This document shows, piece by piece, positions 38,749 through 48,975 of a stretch of 64,000 nucleotides of DNA. The translations under genes and the position numbers were made by a program. How positions within the stretch are numbered: the stretch's first letter is position 1; each line of letters starts with the position of its first letter. The notes under the pieces were generated by a model. The model was not told the DNA's origin. It did not search any database and saw nothing but the letters and a program-made list of their open reading frames with translations. Origin of the DNA: a bacterium (GTDB taxonomy: Bacteria > SAR324 > XYD2-FULL-50-16); contig JAJRZQ010000038.1 of the NCBI GenBank assembly GCA_024275165.1, positions 17,474 to 81,473 of the forward strand. The letters run 5' to 3'.

Positions 38749-41700
38749 CTACCTTTTAAATCCCTGTGCGAGTTTATAATATTCCGTTGATTTCAATTGA
38801 TTGTCGATCTTAAAAAAGAGCCCGCCCAACTTGTGCGCGATCTGGCTCGCGGCCCCTGATTGCTTGCGTTTTTGTTGGTAATGAAAAAGCCATTCCAAAT
38901 GGGTCACCGCGGCTTTTAAATTTCCTTCTTGTTCTCCAATTTCTGCCAAATCTTGATGAATTTCAGAAGCTTCATCCAGTAAGCCTGCCTCCTCCAATAA
39001 GGTCGCGGCGCGGTCGGTATACCGCAAAAAGGCTTCAATATTGTTTTCTTGTTTATAAATCGACGCCAGCGCCACATAGCTTTTTCCCCATAAGGCGGGG
39101 GAAACCTCTGCCGAAGGTTTGAACAAAAAATGTTGCAAGCTGGTCAAGGCGGCCTGGTATTCCCCTGCGTAAAAAAGCAGGTGCCCGTCAATCAACCACA
39201 GATGGCTCAATTGCCGTTCACTGAGTAAGGCCGGGTCGAACTCATGCCCCTCAATCAAGCGTTTCAGCTTATCGAATTCACCGAGTTCCAAAAAGAGCAG
39301 GGCAATGGCGATCAGATTTTTATAACGGCTCTCATAATGGCTGATATCGGCGGAGAGTTGCAAGGCACTGGTTAAACAGGCTACCGCTCGTTCTGGTTGC
39401 CGCCTTTGGGTGTACAGGTTGGCCAGCTTGGTGAGAATTTCCGCCACCATGGGCCAGTTGCGGTTTTTTTGCGCTTCTTCCAAAAACCATTCCAGAAGCT
39501 CGACCGCATTATAACTTTGTGGCAAATGCTCTAGAATATTTAAGGCGGAGAGGAGGGATTTTTCCTTTAAGGCTTCATCCTCGCTCAAAAAGGACAGCTC
39601 CAAGGCGGTAATCACATGTTGGCTGATCAGGTTGGGGCGGTTGGCGCATTTGCGGCTCAGCTTTCTGGCATATTGCAGGTTGCGTTGAATCGCAGCCTCT
39701 AAAAGCCCCAGGGTAGCCAGTTCACTTAAAGCGTATTGGGAGCCGGCGCGGAGAAAGTCGGTTTCTGTTTGGTTTGCTTCTAAGAGTTGAACCAAGTTTT
39801 TTAACAGAACCTGCCCTTGGTGCTTGAGCATATCTGGAGGTAGAAAATCTTGCCGCTTGATCTGCACCCATAAATGACTGGGCAGCCAGTATCTCTTTTT
39901 TTCCAAGTCGCATTCAATGACACTTAAATCCAGCAATCCTTGCAGGGTCGGGTTTAGCTTTTCGGCCCCCACCAAGCTGCAAAGCGCCTTGTCGCTCAAG
40001 CGCACCCGCATGAGGTAGAGGGTTAAAAAGACCTCTTTGGCCCGATGACTCAGCGTTTTTAGGAGTTGGGCAAAGGCGTGCATGTATAGCTCTGCCGCGT
40101 CGAGTTCGGGGTTGCCCGCCGCCTCGATCAGTTCTTCATCCTTGAGCCCCACGATGAGCCGCAACAGGGGCAACAGCCTCATCTGGGGGGGGACTCCGTC
40201 GGCCAGGAACTCCTCCCATTGGGGGGGGAAGTCTTCTTCTAAGGATTCTTGGATCTCGCTTAAGCTGATGGTGCCTGTATCGAGGGTCAGAGTCGGTTGC
40301 TCGGTCACAAAGCTCGAATGGCTTAAGAGGATGACCTGCCAACCTTGCTTTTGCTTTTTTTCCAACCAGAGTTCAAAGATGGGGTCTATTTTTTCCGGAG
40401 GATAATAGACGCTTAAGTAATGCAAGCCTTCATCGTCCCCCTCTTGGAGGGGGATTAAGCTTTCATCGAAATAATCCAAAACCCGCTCGGTTTCAAAGAG
40501 GCTGTTGAATTTTCCGGCAAAGTGCCCGGTTGTCAGATTTTTGGTCTGCCCTTGGTGGTAGCCCCAGCGTTGGTAATAGAGCAATTTCCAAGAGAAGTTT
40601 TGCCGCGCTTGGATGCGGCGGAAAAACTCCAGCAGGTACTCCTCTTGACTTTGACCTTCTAAAGAGCGGAGCCAGAGGATCTTGTTTTGGGGTGCCGTAA
40701 GCAGGTGGCGATAGAGCTGCCTTAAAATCTCTGGATTACCCGCAAAGGGCCGCTCTGCCAAAAGAGCGCCGTTAACGGCGGGTTGATGCTCACCATAAGA
40801 GGTAAAGGGAGCAAAGAAAAAGGGCCGCAAGGGCTCAGGCTCAGTTTCCAACAAGGCTTCATGGACATAAAAGCGCATAAAGGCCCAATCCCAACTGAGG
40901 GGCAAGGTAGAATAAAGCTGGTTTAAGGCATGGCGGTGGGCTTTTAGGAGGGAGTCTTCCCTCAAGACGCTCAAAACCCATTCCCGGAAGTAGGTTTGGG
41001 TACGGCTCCGTTCGAGTCGCCCCTGTTGGGCCAAGATGAGGGGAACGCCGAAGTCTTGATAGGGCTCAATCCCCCCGGAGGGGGATAAAAAACCAGAGCA
41101 ATTGAGCAGTAAAACCCGCAACCCCCGTGCCGCCGCGCGCATAAAGGCTTCTTTCAAACTTAGAGGGGGGGGCTCTGGTTGGGGCTCTTCTTCATAAAGC
41201 AACCAGCTCCCGGCCTCGTCGTAACCGGAAAAGAAAAACAGATCGGGTTCTTTTTGCAATGCCTTGAGGATCGCTTGCCGACTCGCCTGCCCATTGACTT
41301 GAAAATGGAGGTGACCGCTCAACTCCAAGCCTAGAGGCAAGGATTCCATGCTGGTAATGAAGCGGTTGCCGTAATGGGGCGAGGTTTCGGGGGCTTCACC
41401 TATGGGGGAGTAGGAAAACAGAGCGGTTTCTAAACGAGCGTTGATTTTGCGAGACTTTTCAAATTGAGGGGGAAGCTTGCCCGCAAAGGTGCGGGTGACC
41501 CCAATGGTTAAAGCCAAAAAACTGGCTCCATCGTGAATCAATTCTAAGGGGAGCTGTTTCGCCTCCCCGTGCAGCTTAAAGATTAAGCTTTTGGCTTTGG
41601 CCAAATGGGGCCGCAGCCTAAGAGGAATCAAAGCGTGAAATAAGGCCTCTCCATAAGCTTTGAGAAGTTCCATTGCCTCGGCCCGTTCACTCCTTGAGGA

Positions 41701-41850
41701 ACGATGCAGTAGGGCCACCGAATTGCGCAAAAGGCCAAAGGCCTCCAAGGCCGCTTGCTCCAATTTGGGGTGCGGAGGGTGATAAGGAAGTTCTAGATTA
41801 TACTTGGGGATACGCAGCAGCATCCCATCGAGTTCAATCAGCAGCGGCAT
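38749..41850 (-). CDS. Large CHAT-like / degenerate NTPase / TPR protein (1033 aa)
   Basis: N-terminal GEALFHAL..LPLELIHDG..FL pattern typical of CHAT domains; C-terminal helical TPR-like repeats. Overlaps the selB stop and ends 3 bp before the UGPase start. Confidence 0.6.
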   Translation of the reverse strand: MPLLIELDGMLLRIPKYNLELPYHPPHPKLEQAALEAFGLLRNSVALLHRSSRSERAEAMELLKAYGEALFHALIPLRLRPHLAKAKSLIFKLHGEAKQLPLELIHDGASFLALTIGVTRTFAGKLPPQFEKSRKINARLETALFSYSPIGEAPETSPHYGNRFITSMESLPLGLELSGHLHFQVNGQASRQAILKALQKEPDLFFFSGYDEAGSWLLYEEEPQPEPPPLSLKEAFMRAAARGLRVLLLNCSGFLSPSGGIEPYQDFGVPLILAQQGRLERSRTQTYFREWVLSVLREDSLLKAHRHALNQLYSTLPLSWDWAFMRFYVHEALLETEPEPLRPFFFAPFTSYGEHQPAVNGALLAERPFAGNPEILRQLYRHLLTAPQNKILWLRSLEGQSQEEYLLEFFRRIQARQNFSWKLLYYQRWGYHQGQTKNLTTGHFAGKFNSLFETERVLDYFDESLIPLQEGDDEGLHYLSVYYPPEKIDPIFELWLEKKQKQGWQVILLSHSSFVTEQPTLTLDTGTISLSEIQESLEEDFPPQWEEFLADGVPPQMRLLPLLRLIVGLKDEELIEAAGNPELDAAELYMHAFAQLLKTLSHRAKEVFLTLYLMRVRLSDKALCSLVGAEKLNPTLQGLLDLSVIECDLEKKRYWLPSHLWVQIKRQDFLPPDMLKHQGQVLLKNLVQLLEANQTETDFLRAGSQYALSELATLGLLEAAIQRNLQYARKLSRKCANRPNLISQHVITALELSFLSEDEALKEKSLLSALNILEHLPQSYNAVELLEWFLEEAQKNRNWPMVAEILTKLANLYTQRRQPERAVACLTSALQLSADISHYESRYKNLIAIALLFLELGEFDKLKRLIEGHEFDPALLSERQLSHLWLIDGHLLFYAGEYQAALTSLQHFLFKPSAEVSPALWGKSYVALASIYKQENNIEAFLRYTDRAATLLEEAGLLDEASEIHQDLAEIGEQEGNLKAAVTHLEWLFHYQQKRKQSGAASQIAHKLGGLFFKIDNQLKSTEYYKLAQGFKR

Positions 41851-43753
41851 TGTTTTTTTCTGATTCCCTCGCCAGAATGCGGTGATCTCCTAAGCGGATG
41901 GTGCGTTTTTCCCGGTCGAAATACTCTAAGATCAGTACGGCCTCTTTGCGAGACAAATCTAGAAGCTTTTTAAACCCGATCACCGTAATTTGCGGTTCTT
42001 TTGATAAATAAGTTTTTAATTCTTGCCAGGCCTTGTCTGTGGCAGCAGTACTTAAAAATTGATCTGTCGCCAGTTCGACCCACCAGCCACGCGTCTTCCC
42101 CAGGGCCAGCAACCTCGTTACGCCGCTCAGGCCTATTGTCAGCCCCCTTTGCAAAGTCGTTGGGCTTTGGGGCTTCATCCCCCCCTGTTTCAGTTTTAGG
42201 AGCAAGCTTTGTTTCAGCAAGACTTGTTCTGGGCTAAGGGCACCTGTAACGCCTTGAAGATGATAGAATTGAGCCGTTTTGACTAGGATTTTTTCTTTCT
42301 CCAGCCAGCTTAAAAAAAGCAAGGACTCGGCAGCGGAAAACAGCCGCTTGAGCTTTCCCGTAAAGTATTCCCCTGTGGCTCCGATTTCTTCAGGCTGTGC
42401 TTGATGAAACTGTTGCAATAGCTGGGTGATGTAGGGAATGATTCGTTGGAGGTGCTCTGGATGTCGCCAACTTGTTTTGAAGCGGAGGAGTTTGCCTTGA
42501 CTCGCGAGGTGTTGCAAGGGCTTGGCCGCTTTTTTTGGGGTTAGGCCCGTTAAGGGAAAAAGGTCTTTTTCTTCTATTCCCTTTAAGCCGTCAAATAGGG
42601 CAATAGCTTCAATGCGTTCTTCCGCGCTGCCTTGTTGAAGCTTATGCAGGGCCTCGTTCCTTTTGGCGCCCGAGATGCGCGTGAGGGGCTTTTTGGCTAA
42701 GACGACGATTGCCCCGGCAAGGGTTTCTTTGGGGTTAAAGGCGCGGAGGATTAAGCGGTCACCCCAGGCAAAGGCTAAGGTTTTTTCCAAGCGAAGGCGG
42801 AAAAATCCAGGCTCCAAAAGATTAAAGTCATAACCCTTGGGGGCGATTAAGCGGGCTGGGCTCTCTTGAGCGTGACTAAAGAGGGTTAAGCTCGCTTGGT
42901 CTTTGGGGCGAAAACGGGTTTGCGGCAACCATTCCAGCCAGATGTCGAGGTCTCTGCTTTCGCTTAAGCTGTTCGGGCTGGCTAGCTGGCAGCCTCTAGG
43001 GGTGTTGGAAGGAGCTCGCGATAGATTGATGGCGGCGCGCATTCCCGTAACGACTTGCTCAACGGCTTGGTTGCGGCTTTGCAACCCTCGTAATTTGACC
43101 TGTTTTTGCCCCGGATATAGCACGCAGGGGCTAGAGGTGGTTAAGGCGCCACGGCAGACGGTGCCCGTCACCACCTTGCCAAAGCCCTTGATTAAAAAAC
43201 CGCGGTCTATTGGGAGGCGAAAGGGCAGGCCCTGGGTTTGGGTTTGATGGAGAGGCGCCAAGCGCGTGATCGCTTTTTTTAAATCCTTTAGGCCTTCTCC
43301 TGTTTTGGCGGAGCAAACAATCAGGGGGGCCTGGGCTAAAAAACTCCCCTCTACAAGGTCTAAAACCTCTTCTTTGGTAACCTGCAAGCTCTCCGCGTCG
43401 GCTAAGTCGCAACGGGTTAAGGCGATGATTCCCTGGGGAACTCCTAAAAGTCGCGCGATTTGAAAGTGTTCTTTGGTTTGGGGCATCACCCCTTCATCCG
43501 CCGCGACCACCAAAATCACTCCGGTCAGCCCCCCTATGCCGGCAAGCATATTATGAATCAGGTCTTCATGGCCGGGAACATCAATGATAGAGACCTCTTT
43601 CCCCTCATAACTCAAGGAGGCGAAACCGAGGTCCAAGGTAATGCCTCGCTTTTTTTCCTCTGCCCAGCGGTCTGGGTCTTGCCCGGTCAAGGCCTGCACC
43701 AAGCTGGATTTGCCATGGTCGATATGGCCTAAGGTTGAAAGACAGACTTCCAT
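41834..43753 (-). CDS. selB: Selenocysteine-specific elongation factor SelB
   Basis: GHIDHGKS, EEKKRGITLDLGF, DVPGHE, IDRGF.IKGFG.VVTGT, and C-terminal winged-helix LSRK..LEYFD..RLGDHR. True start is ATG 43753. Confidence 0.92.
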   Translation of the reverse strand: MEVCLSTLGHIDHGKSSLVQALTGQDPDRWAEEKKRGITLDLGFASLSYEGKEVSIIDVPGHEDLIHNMLAGIGGLTGVILVVAADEGVMPQTKEHFQIARLLGVPQGIIALTRCDLADAESLQVTKEEVLDLVEGSFLAQAPLIVCSAKTGEGLKDLKKAITRLAPLHQTQTQGLPFRLPIDRGFLIKGFGKVVTGTVCRGALTTSSPCVLYPGQKQVKLRGLQSRNQAVEQVVTGMRAAINLSRAPSNTPRGCQLASPNSLSESRDLDIWLEWLPQTRFRPKDQASLTLFSHAQESPARLIAPKGYDFNLLEPGFFRLRLEKTLAFAWGDRLILRAFNPKETLAGAIVVLAKKPLTRISGAKRNEALHKLQQGSAEERIEAIALFDGLKGIEEKDLFPLTGLTPKKAAKPLQHLASQGKLLRFKTSWRHPEHLQRIIPYITQLLQQFHQAQPEEIGATGEYFTGKLKRLFSAAESLLFLSWLEKEKILVKTAQFYHLQGVTGALSPEQVLLKQSLLLKLKQGGMKPQSPTTLQRGLTIGLSGVTRLLALGKTRGWWVELATDQFLSTAATDKAWQELKTYLSKEPQITVIGFKKLLDLSRKEAVLILEYFDREKRTIRLGDHRILARESEKNNAAAD

Positions 43754-43997
43754 GGAACGCGAGAGCGGAAAAAGGGTTGCTGGAGGAAAGATAACCGAGG
43801 GGCCCAAGAATGGCCAGAGCGGGGAAGGAGGCAAGGCGGGCTACAGACTGCTCCTTTTGCTTTCGCAGAGTTCGCTTGAAGGCGGATCGCCTTGAGGATG
43901 CTCTGCCCGCATATAAACCCAATGCCTTCGCAGGCTGGGGCCAAAGGCCCCAGACCCCGGAACATGTTGCTTTATTGGGAACAGTCGATGCCCCGGA

Positions 43998-45242
43998 TTA
44001 ATAACTAAAGCCGATGCCTAAATGAACCTGTTCGCTTTGCATCTCATACTTTAAACTGGAATAAGCCCCGGTGGGCATGGAAAACTGCACCCCCAAACTG
44101 GCGTCATTGTCGAGCAGCGGTTTCTCGTAGTAATTTTGATAGGAATCAACAAAGACTTTCAACTCTTCGGTGATCATGTACTTCGCTCCTAGGCCAATTC
44201 GCTGGTTGTCAATATAGGCATTGGCCATGAGGCCTAAGTTTTCCAAACGGCCTGTCACCGCCAAAAAGAGGCTGTTTTTGTTGCGCCCGTCATTTTTTTT
44301 ATCCAAGGTATCATTTCCGGTCACAAAATCTAAGTTTTCCTTATTCCAGGTGATGCGCTTGCGCCCTCCAAAACTGACTAAGACCTCTTGCGCGTCAACC
44401 AGCATCAACTTGGCGTAGAGATAACTCGAATGGGATTTCGCCTCGATATTCGTATTGACCTGATAGCTGAATTGTAAATTTTCCAAAGCGCGCCAATCCA
44501 TAAACAAACTTTTGGCAGGCACCTTGACATCGGTTAGATTCTTCAGCCAAATCTGGAGCAGCATGGAAATCGGGGTGGGGCTCATCAAGGCGGTGGGGTT
44601 CCAATCAATCCAAGAATTGTTTTGGTCATCGCGAAAGCTCCGGGGGATGAACTCATCGGCAAATTGGGCGACCTGCATGGTCTGGGGTCGCATGGATTGG
44701 CCTAAAACCTTGTATTCCCGCGTTGCTTTTTGGGGCGCTTTAGCCTGGCTATAGACTTGGGCCGTGGACTTTCTCGGTTGCTTTTTTTGTCGGGCCACTT
44801 CCATGCTTTCAACGCCTAAACTCCGGCCTTGCCGGTCATAGAGTTCACCTTTGAGGGATAAGCCTTCGCCGTAAGGTTTCAATTCAATAATCAAGGTGCG
44901 ATTGCTGCCGTTGCGCTGGTTACAGGCCCGCATTTTTACGGGGTCTTGTTTTAGTTCCTGGGCGCTCAAATGATTTTTGCGCAAAATTTCCGCCGTAATC
45001 ACGGGGTCGGCGACTTGAAAGGAGCGTAACATCTCCTTGGCCATATCCTTTTTGAGTTGGACGAGGTTAAAGCCCGTCTTCAACTGGCTGCGCCCCTGGG
45101 TTTCAAAAATCAACGCCAATTTGACGGTTCCTTGGGCCTCTGTTCGCGCCGCTATTTTGCGGCGAAAAGCGGAAAAATCTTCCGCCCAAGCCGTGGCGGT
45201 GAAAAGAAGAGCGCAACCAAGACTGATGAGGAGTTTTTTCAT
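43998..45242 (-). CDS. Exported protein, possible C-terminal outer-membrane beta-barrel
   Basis: Signal peptide (TATAWA); alternating-residue beta-strands; C-terminal HLGIGFSY resembling a beta-signal. Confidence 0.55.
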   Translation of the reverse strand: MKKLLISLGCALLFTATAWAEDFSAFRRKIAARTEAQGTVKLALIFETQGRSQLKTGFNLVQLKKDMAKEMLRSFQVADPVITAEILRKNHLSAQELKQDPVKMRACNQRNGSNRTLIIELKPYGEGLSLKGELYDRQGRSLGVESMEVARQKKQPRKSTAQVYSQAKAPQKATREYKVLGQSMRPQTMQVAQFADEFIPRSFRDDQNNSWIDWNPTALMSPTPISMLLQIWLKNLTDVKVPAKSLFMDWRALENLQFSYQVNTNIEAKSHSSYLYAKLMLVDAQEVLVSFGGRKRITWNKENLDFVTGNDTLDKKNDGRNKNSLFLAVTGRLENLGLMANAYIDNQRIGLGAKYMITEELKVFVDSYQNYYEKPLLDNDASLGVQFSMPTGAYSSLKYEMQSEQVHLGIGFSY

Positions 45243-45438
45243 TCTGTTTTACCTGACAATTCCAGCCTGATCGCGCTTTGCGAGCTGGATAGAGTTGACC
45301 TGAAGCAAGGTTTTGTACCCCTACAGTTATTTTAAGTAGGGTTATTCAAGAATAGGGCCAGTGCTTGGGGTGACCCGAGAGATTCACGCAATAGCTTCCC
45401 CTTGGAGTTGCCTTTTTAGGGCAGAGAAAAAAGAGCGC

Positions 45439-46287
45439 TTAGGGGTAATCGAGACTGATGTCTAAAGCATTGGCCGAATGGGTCAAGGCCCCAACAGAGA
45501 TGATGTTGACCCCCGTGGCGGCGATGCTGCCCACTCGTTGGAGGTTGACCCCTCCGCTGGCCTCCACGGTGCAATGCCCTTGAATAAGCTTTAAGGCCTC
45601 TACAATCATTTCATTCGACATGTTGTCTAATAAAATACAATCCACCTCTGCCTCTAAAGCCGCGGGGATTTGTTCGAGGCGGTCGACTTCCACCTCGATA
45701 GTGACGGTATGGCTGATGCGTTTGCGCACCAGGGCCACGGCCTCTTGAATGGTTTTTTGCCCCTGCTTGAGCATGGCGACATGATTGTCTTTAATCATCA
45801 CGGCGTCTGCCAGGCAATAGCGATGATTGTGCCCTCCGCCCATGCGAACCGCGTATTTTTCTAAGTGTCTTAATCCGGGGGTGGTTTTTCTCGTATCCGC
45901 GATGCGCACCGTTTCAGAATAGCGCCTTGCCTCCTGCACAAAGCGATGGGTCAGGCTGGCGATTCCGCTGAGGCGTTGCAAAAAATTCAAGGCCACGCGC
46001 TCTGCCTTCATCATCTGTTGAGAATTCCCCTTGAGCTTGACTAAGGGCGTGCCCGCGGGGAGGAACTCCCCATCCTTTTTTAGAGGAGACCAGATTAAGC
46101 CTGGGTCTAATATTTTAAATACCTGCTCTGCTATGGGAAGCCCGGCAATGACCCCTTCCTCATTCAGGGTTAAAATCAATTCGCTCGATTGATTGGGGTC
46201 AATGAGGTTTTCAGTGGTGATGTCACCCCAAGCTAGGTCTTCTTCCAAACTTGCCTTGATGATCTGGGTTATCAGATGTACTTCCAT
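45439..46287 (-). CDS. nadC: Quinolinate phosphoribosyltransferase
   Basis: EED..GDIT, ERVALN, DTRKTTPG, IKDNH, LLDN and EASGG motifs. Confidence 0.96.
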   Translation of the reverse strand: MEVHLITQIIKASLEEDLAWGDITTENLIDPNQSSELILTLNEEGVIAGLPIAEQVFKILDPGLIWSPLKKDGEFLPAGTPLVKLKGNSQQMMKAERVALNFLQRLSGIASLTHRFVQEARRYSETVRIADTRKTTPGLRHLEKYAVRMGGGHNHRYCLADAVMIKDNHVAMLKQGQKTIQEAVALVRKRISHTVTIEVEVDRLEQIPAALEAEVDCILLDNMSNEMIVEALKLIQGHCTVEASGGVNLQRVGSIAATGVNIISVGALTHSANALDISLDYP

Positions 46288-46291
46288 ATTT

Positions 46292-47797
46292 TTAGTTTTC
46301 TTCCAGGGGGGGGTAGTCAGAGCGGTAATGGCTCCCTTTGCTTTCTGCGCGGGCCAAGGCCGAGAGAGCTAAAAGTCGCCCCAAGTGCCGCATGTTTTGC
46401 AGTTCGTATTCGGCTTGAGTCTGCTGCTCAGGGGGGTGAAAGGGGGGGGCGCCGAGGAGGTTTAAGAGTTGCTTTAAGCCTTTTTCATTGCGGATAATTC
46501 CCGCGTAGTCCCACATGGCTTGCCGGAACTCGCTACGGCTTAAGGGGGGGGCATTGGGCTCGGTTTGAGGTCGAGTTTGTTTGTTTTGGGTTAGGCTTTG
46601 GTCTTGCCAGAGGGTAGGGATTTGCCGCAGGTCTTGGGAAATGGCTTTAGCCACCTGCATGGCAAAGGTCGCCCCTTCCAAAAGGCTGTTGCTGGCCAAG
46701 CGGTTGGCCCCGTGAACCCCTGTGCGGGCGGCTTCTCCGGCGACATACAACCCTTTTAAGGTAGAGCGACCAAAAAGATCGACCTTGACCCCGCCCATCA
46801 AGTAGTGGGCTACGGGGGTGATGGGAATCGGCTCGCTTTCGATTCTCACCCCGTAGTTTAGGCAGGCATGAGATACATTGGGGAAGCGGGTTTTTAAGAC
46901 CAAATGGCCTAAGCTGGTGGCGTCCAAAAAGACAGGTCCTTTTTTCATTTCCGCAAAGATGGCGCGGCTCACGACATCTCGGCTTGCCAAGTCGCCTCGA
47001 GGGTCATAGTCCTTTAAAAAGGCTTTGCCTTGGCTATTGCGGATGGTCGCCCCGGCGCCCCGCATGGCCTCGGTGATGAGGAAATTCGGCATTTCCTTTA
47101 AATTTAAGGCCGTGGGGTGGAATTGGAAAAATTCCAGATCGCTCAATTGGGCACCGGCCCGGTAGGCCAATACGATTCCCTCCCCTGTGGCAGTCGGGGG
47201 GTTGGAGGTATAGCAAAAAAGTTGCCCTGCCCCGCCGGTCGCTAAAACCATCTCTTCGCATTCGATCTCAATGAGGTCGCTTTCATTGTGATAATAGCGA
47301 ATTCCGCTGACCGCTTGTTTGTGGGTGAGAATTTCGGCTAGACTGGCCTGCTCAATGATGGTGATGTTCGGGTGGCTCAAGGCCTCGCGGGTTAGAGCCC
47401 GCATAATCTCGGTTCCTGTGGCGTCCCCCCCGGCATGCAGCACTCTTGGGCGGGAGTGGGCTCCTTCCAAGGCTAAAAGGTACTCTCCTTGTTCGTTTCG
47501 ATCAAACTGCACCCCGCAATGAACCAAGAGGTCAATCGCCTCTTTGGACTGGGTACTCATGGCCTCGATGGCTTGTTTGTCGCCCAGGCCCGCGCCGGCC
47601 TTAAAGGTATCGCTGACATGTGCTTGGGTGGAATCTTGTTGGTTCCATACCGCCGCGATTCCCCCTTGAGACTGCTCTGTATTGCTGTCTTTCAGCCCTT
47701 TTTTGGTGAGGATCAAGACCGGTCGCTCCGCTCCGGCCAAAATAGCCGTTAACAAGCCGGCCAAGCCGCTCCCGACGATAATTAAAGGGGGCCTCAT
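46292..47797 (-). CDS. nadB: L-aspartate oxidase
   Basis: GSGLAGL, QGGIAA, EGAHS, QFHPT, HYLMGG and HGANRLASNSL. Start is ATG 47797, overlapping the nadA stop (TGATG). Confidence 0.94.
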   Translation of the reverse strand: MRPPLIIVGSGLAGLLTAILAGAERPVLILTKKGLKDSNTEQSQGGIAAVWNQQDSTQAHVSDTFKAGAGLGDKQAIEAMSTQSKEAIDLLVHCGVQFDRNEQGEYLLALEGAHSRPRVLHAGGDATGTEIMRALTREALSHPNITIIEQASLAEILTHKQAVSGIRYYHNESDLIEIECEEMVLATGGAGQLFCYTSNPPTATGEGIVLAYRAGAQLSDLEFFQFHPTALNLKEMPNFLITEAMRGAGATIRNSQGKAFLKDYDPRGDLASRDVVSRAIFAEMKKGPVFLDATSLGHLVLKTRFPNVSHACLNYGVRIESEPIPITPVAHYLMGGVKVDLFGRSTLKGLYVAGEAARTGVHGANRLASNSLLEGATFAMQVAKAISQDLRQIPTLWQDQSLTQNKQTRPQTEPNAPPLSRSEFRQAMWDYAGIIRNEKGLKQLLNLLGAPPFHPPEQQTQAEYELQNMRHLGRLLALSALARAESKGSHYRSDYPPLEEN

Positions 47798-48924
47798 CAG
47801 CGGCTCAGCTCCAGCATGCCTTGCAAGGCTTGGCGGGCGAGCCGAGCCGTTTCGGGTTCGACTAGAATCTGGTTCATCACCTTGCCTTGCGACAAGCCAT
47901 CGAGAATGTAGGCGACATGGGCAGGGTGGTTGCGGTACATGGTCGAGCAAATACAGACATTTGGGTTTAACACCTCAATATATTTGTGATGGGGCGCGGC
48001 TTTAAGTTCCTTGGCCATGCGGTGTACCATATTGATTTCAGTGCCGATGGCCCACTTGGTTCCCGGTTTTGCCTCGCGAACCTTGTTTAAAATCGCGCTG
48101 GTGCTGCCGGAAAAGTCAGCGGCGTCTACCGTTTCTTCAGTGCATTCGGGGTGGACCATCACCTGAACCCCTGGAATTCGTTGGCGAACCTGCCGGATCT
48201 GTTCCGCGCTAAACCTTTGGTGAACCGAGCAATAGCCGTCCCACAACAAGATTTTACTTTGCCTGATTTGTTGAGCGGACAAGCCGCCATCGTCTTTGGC
48301 GCGATCCCATAAGGCCATTTGCTCTTTGGGGATTCCCATTGCCTTGGCGGTATTGCGGCCTAAATGCTGGTCCGGGAAAAAAAAGACCCTCTTGCCCTTA
48401 GAAAAGGCCCAAGTCAGAATTTTTGCCGAATTGGAACTGGTGCAGACCACCCCGCCTTTTTTCGCCACAAAGGCCTTTAGGCTGGCTGCTGAATTGATGT
48501 AGGTTACGGGGATCATGGTCTCATTTTCTGTGACCTCCATAACATGCTCCCAGCAGTCTTCAATCTGATCCATATCGGCCATATCGGCCATGCTGCACCC
48601 TGCCGTGAGAGCCGGTAAAATCGCGATTTGATCGTCACGGGTGAGGATGTCCGCGCTTTCTACCATAAAGTGAACCCCGCAAAAGACAATATACTTTGCC
48701 TTGGAGTCAGCCGCGATTTGCGCGAGTTTCAACGAGTCGCCCGAGTGATCTGCCAAGCTGTAGGTGTCGTCTTGCTGGTAGTGATGCGCTAAGATGAGCA
48801 GATCGTCACCGAGCTTTTTCTTCGTCTCCCTGCATTCTGCGAGCAGAGTCGGCATGGGTTTTTGATAATATTTTGGGGGCACCTCGTGGAAGGTTTCCAA
48901 ACCGGCCCCATTCCAATCGTTCAT
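47797..48924 (-). CDS. nadA: Quinolinate synthase
   Basis: LAHHYQ, GDS, FCGVHFM, AGCSMA, YINS, CTSSN, CSVH, HPEC and GTE motifs. Start placed at ATG 48924. Confidence 0.95.
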   Translation of the reverse strand: MNDWNGAGLETFHEVPPKYYQKPMPTLLAECRETKKKLGDDLLILAHHYQQDDTYSLADHSGDSLKLAQIAADSKAKYIVFCGVHFMVESADILTRDDQIAILPALTAGCSMADMADMDQIEDCWEHVMEVTENETMIPVTYINSAASLKAFVAKKGGVVCTSSNSAKILTWAFSKGKRVFFFPDQHLGRNTAKAMGIPKEQMALWDRAKDDGGLSAQQIRQSKILLWDGYCSVHQRFSAEQIRQVRQRIPGVQVMVHPECTEETVDAADFSGSTSAILNKVREAKPGTKWAIGTEINMVHRMAKELKAAPHHKYIEVLNPNVCICSTMYRNHPAHVAYILDGLSQGKVMNQILVEPETARLARQALQGMLELSR

Positions 48925-48975
48925 GGTTTTCCTAAAGGGGAAAAATCTACAGGCATCCTTGCCGATCAACCTTAA

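Noticed and set aside
43754-43997. tRNA-Sec (selC) next to selB
   Set aside because: No GTTCGA T-loop, no correctly placed TCA anticodon arm and no acceptor stem found on either strand.
47798-47950. Long N-terminal extensions of nadB (and similarly selB, the RRM gene, TIGR00300 gene, nadA and flhG-like gene) in the ORF track
   Set aside because: They result from taking the most upstream start codon; conserved domains begin at downstream ATGs, several of them translationally coupled.
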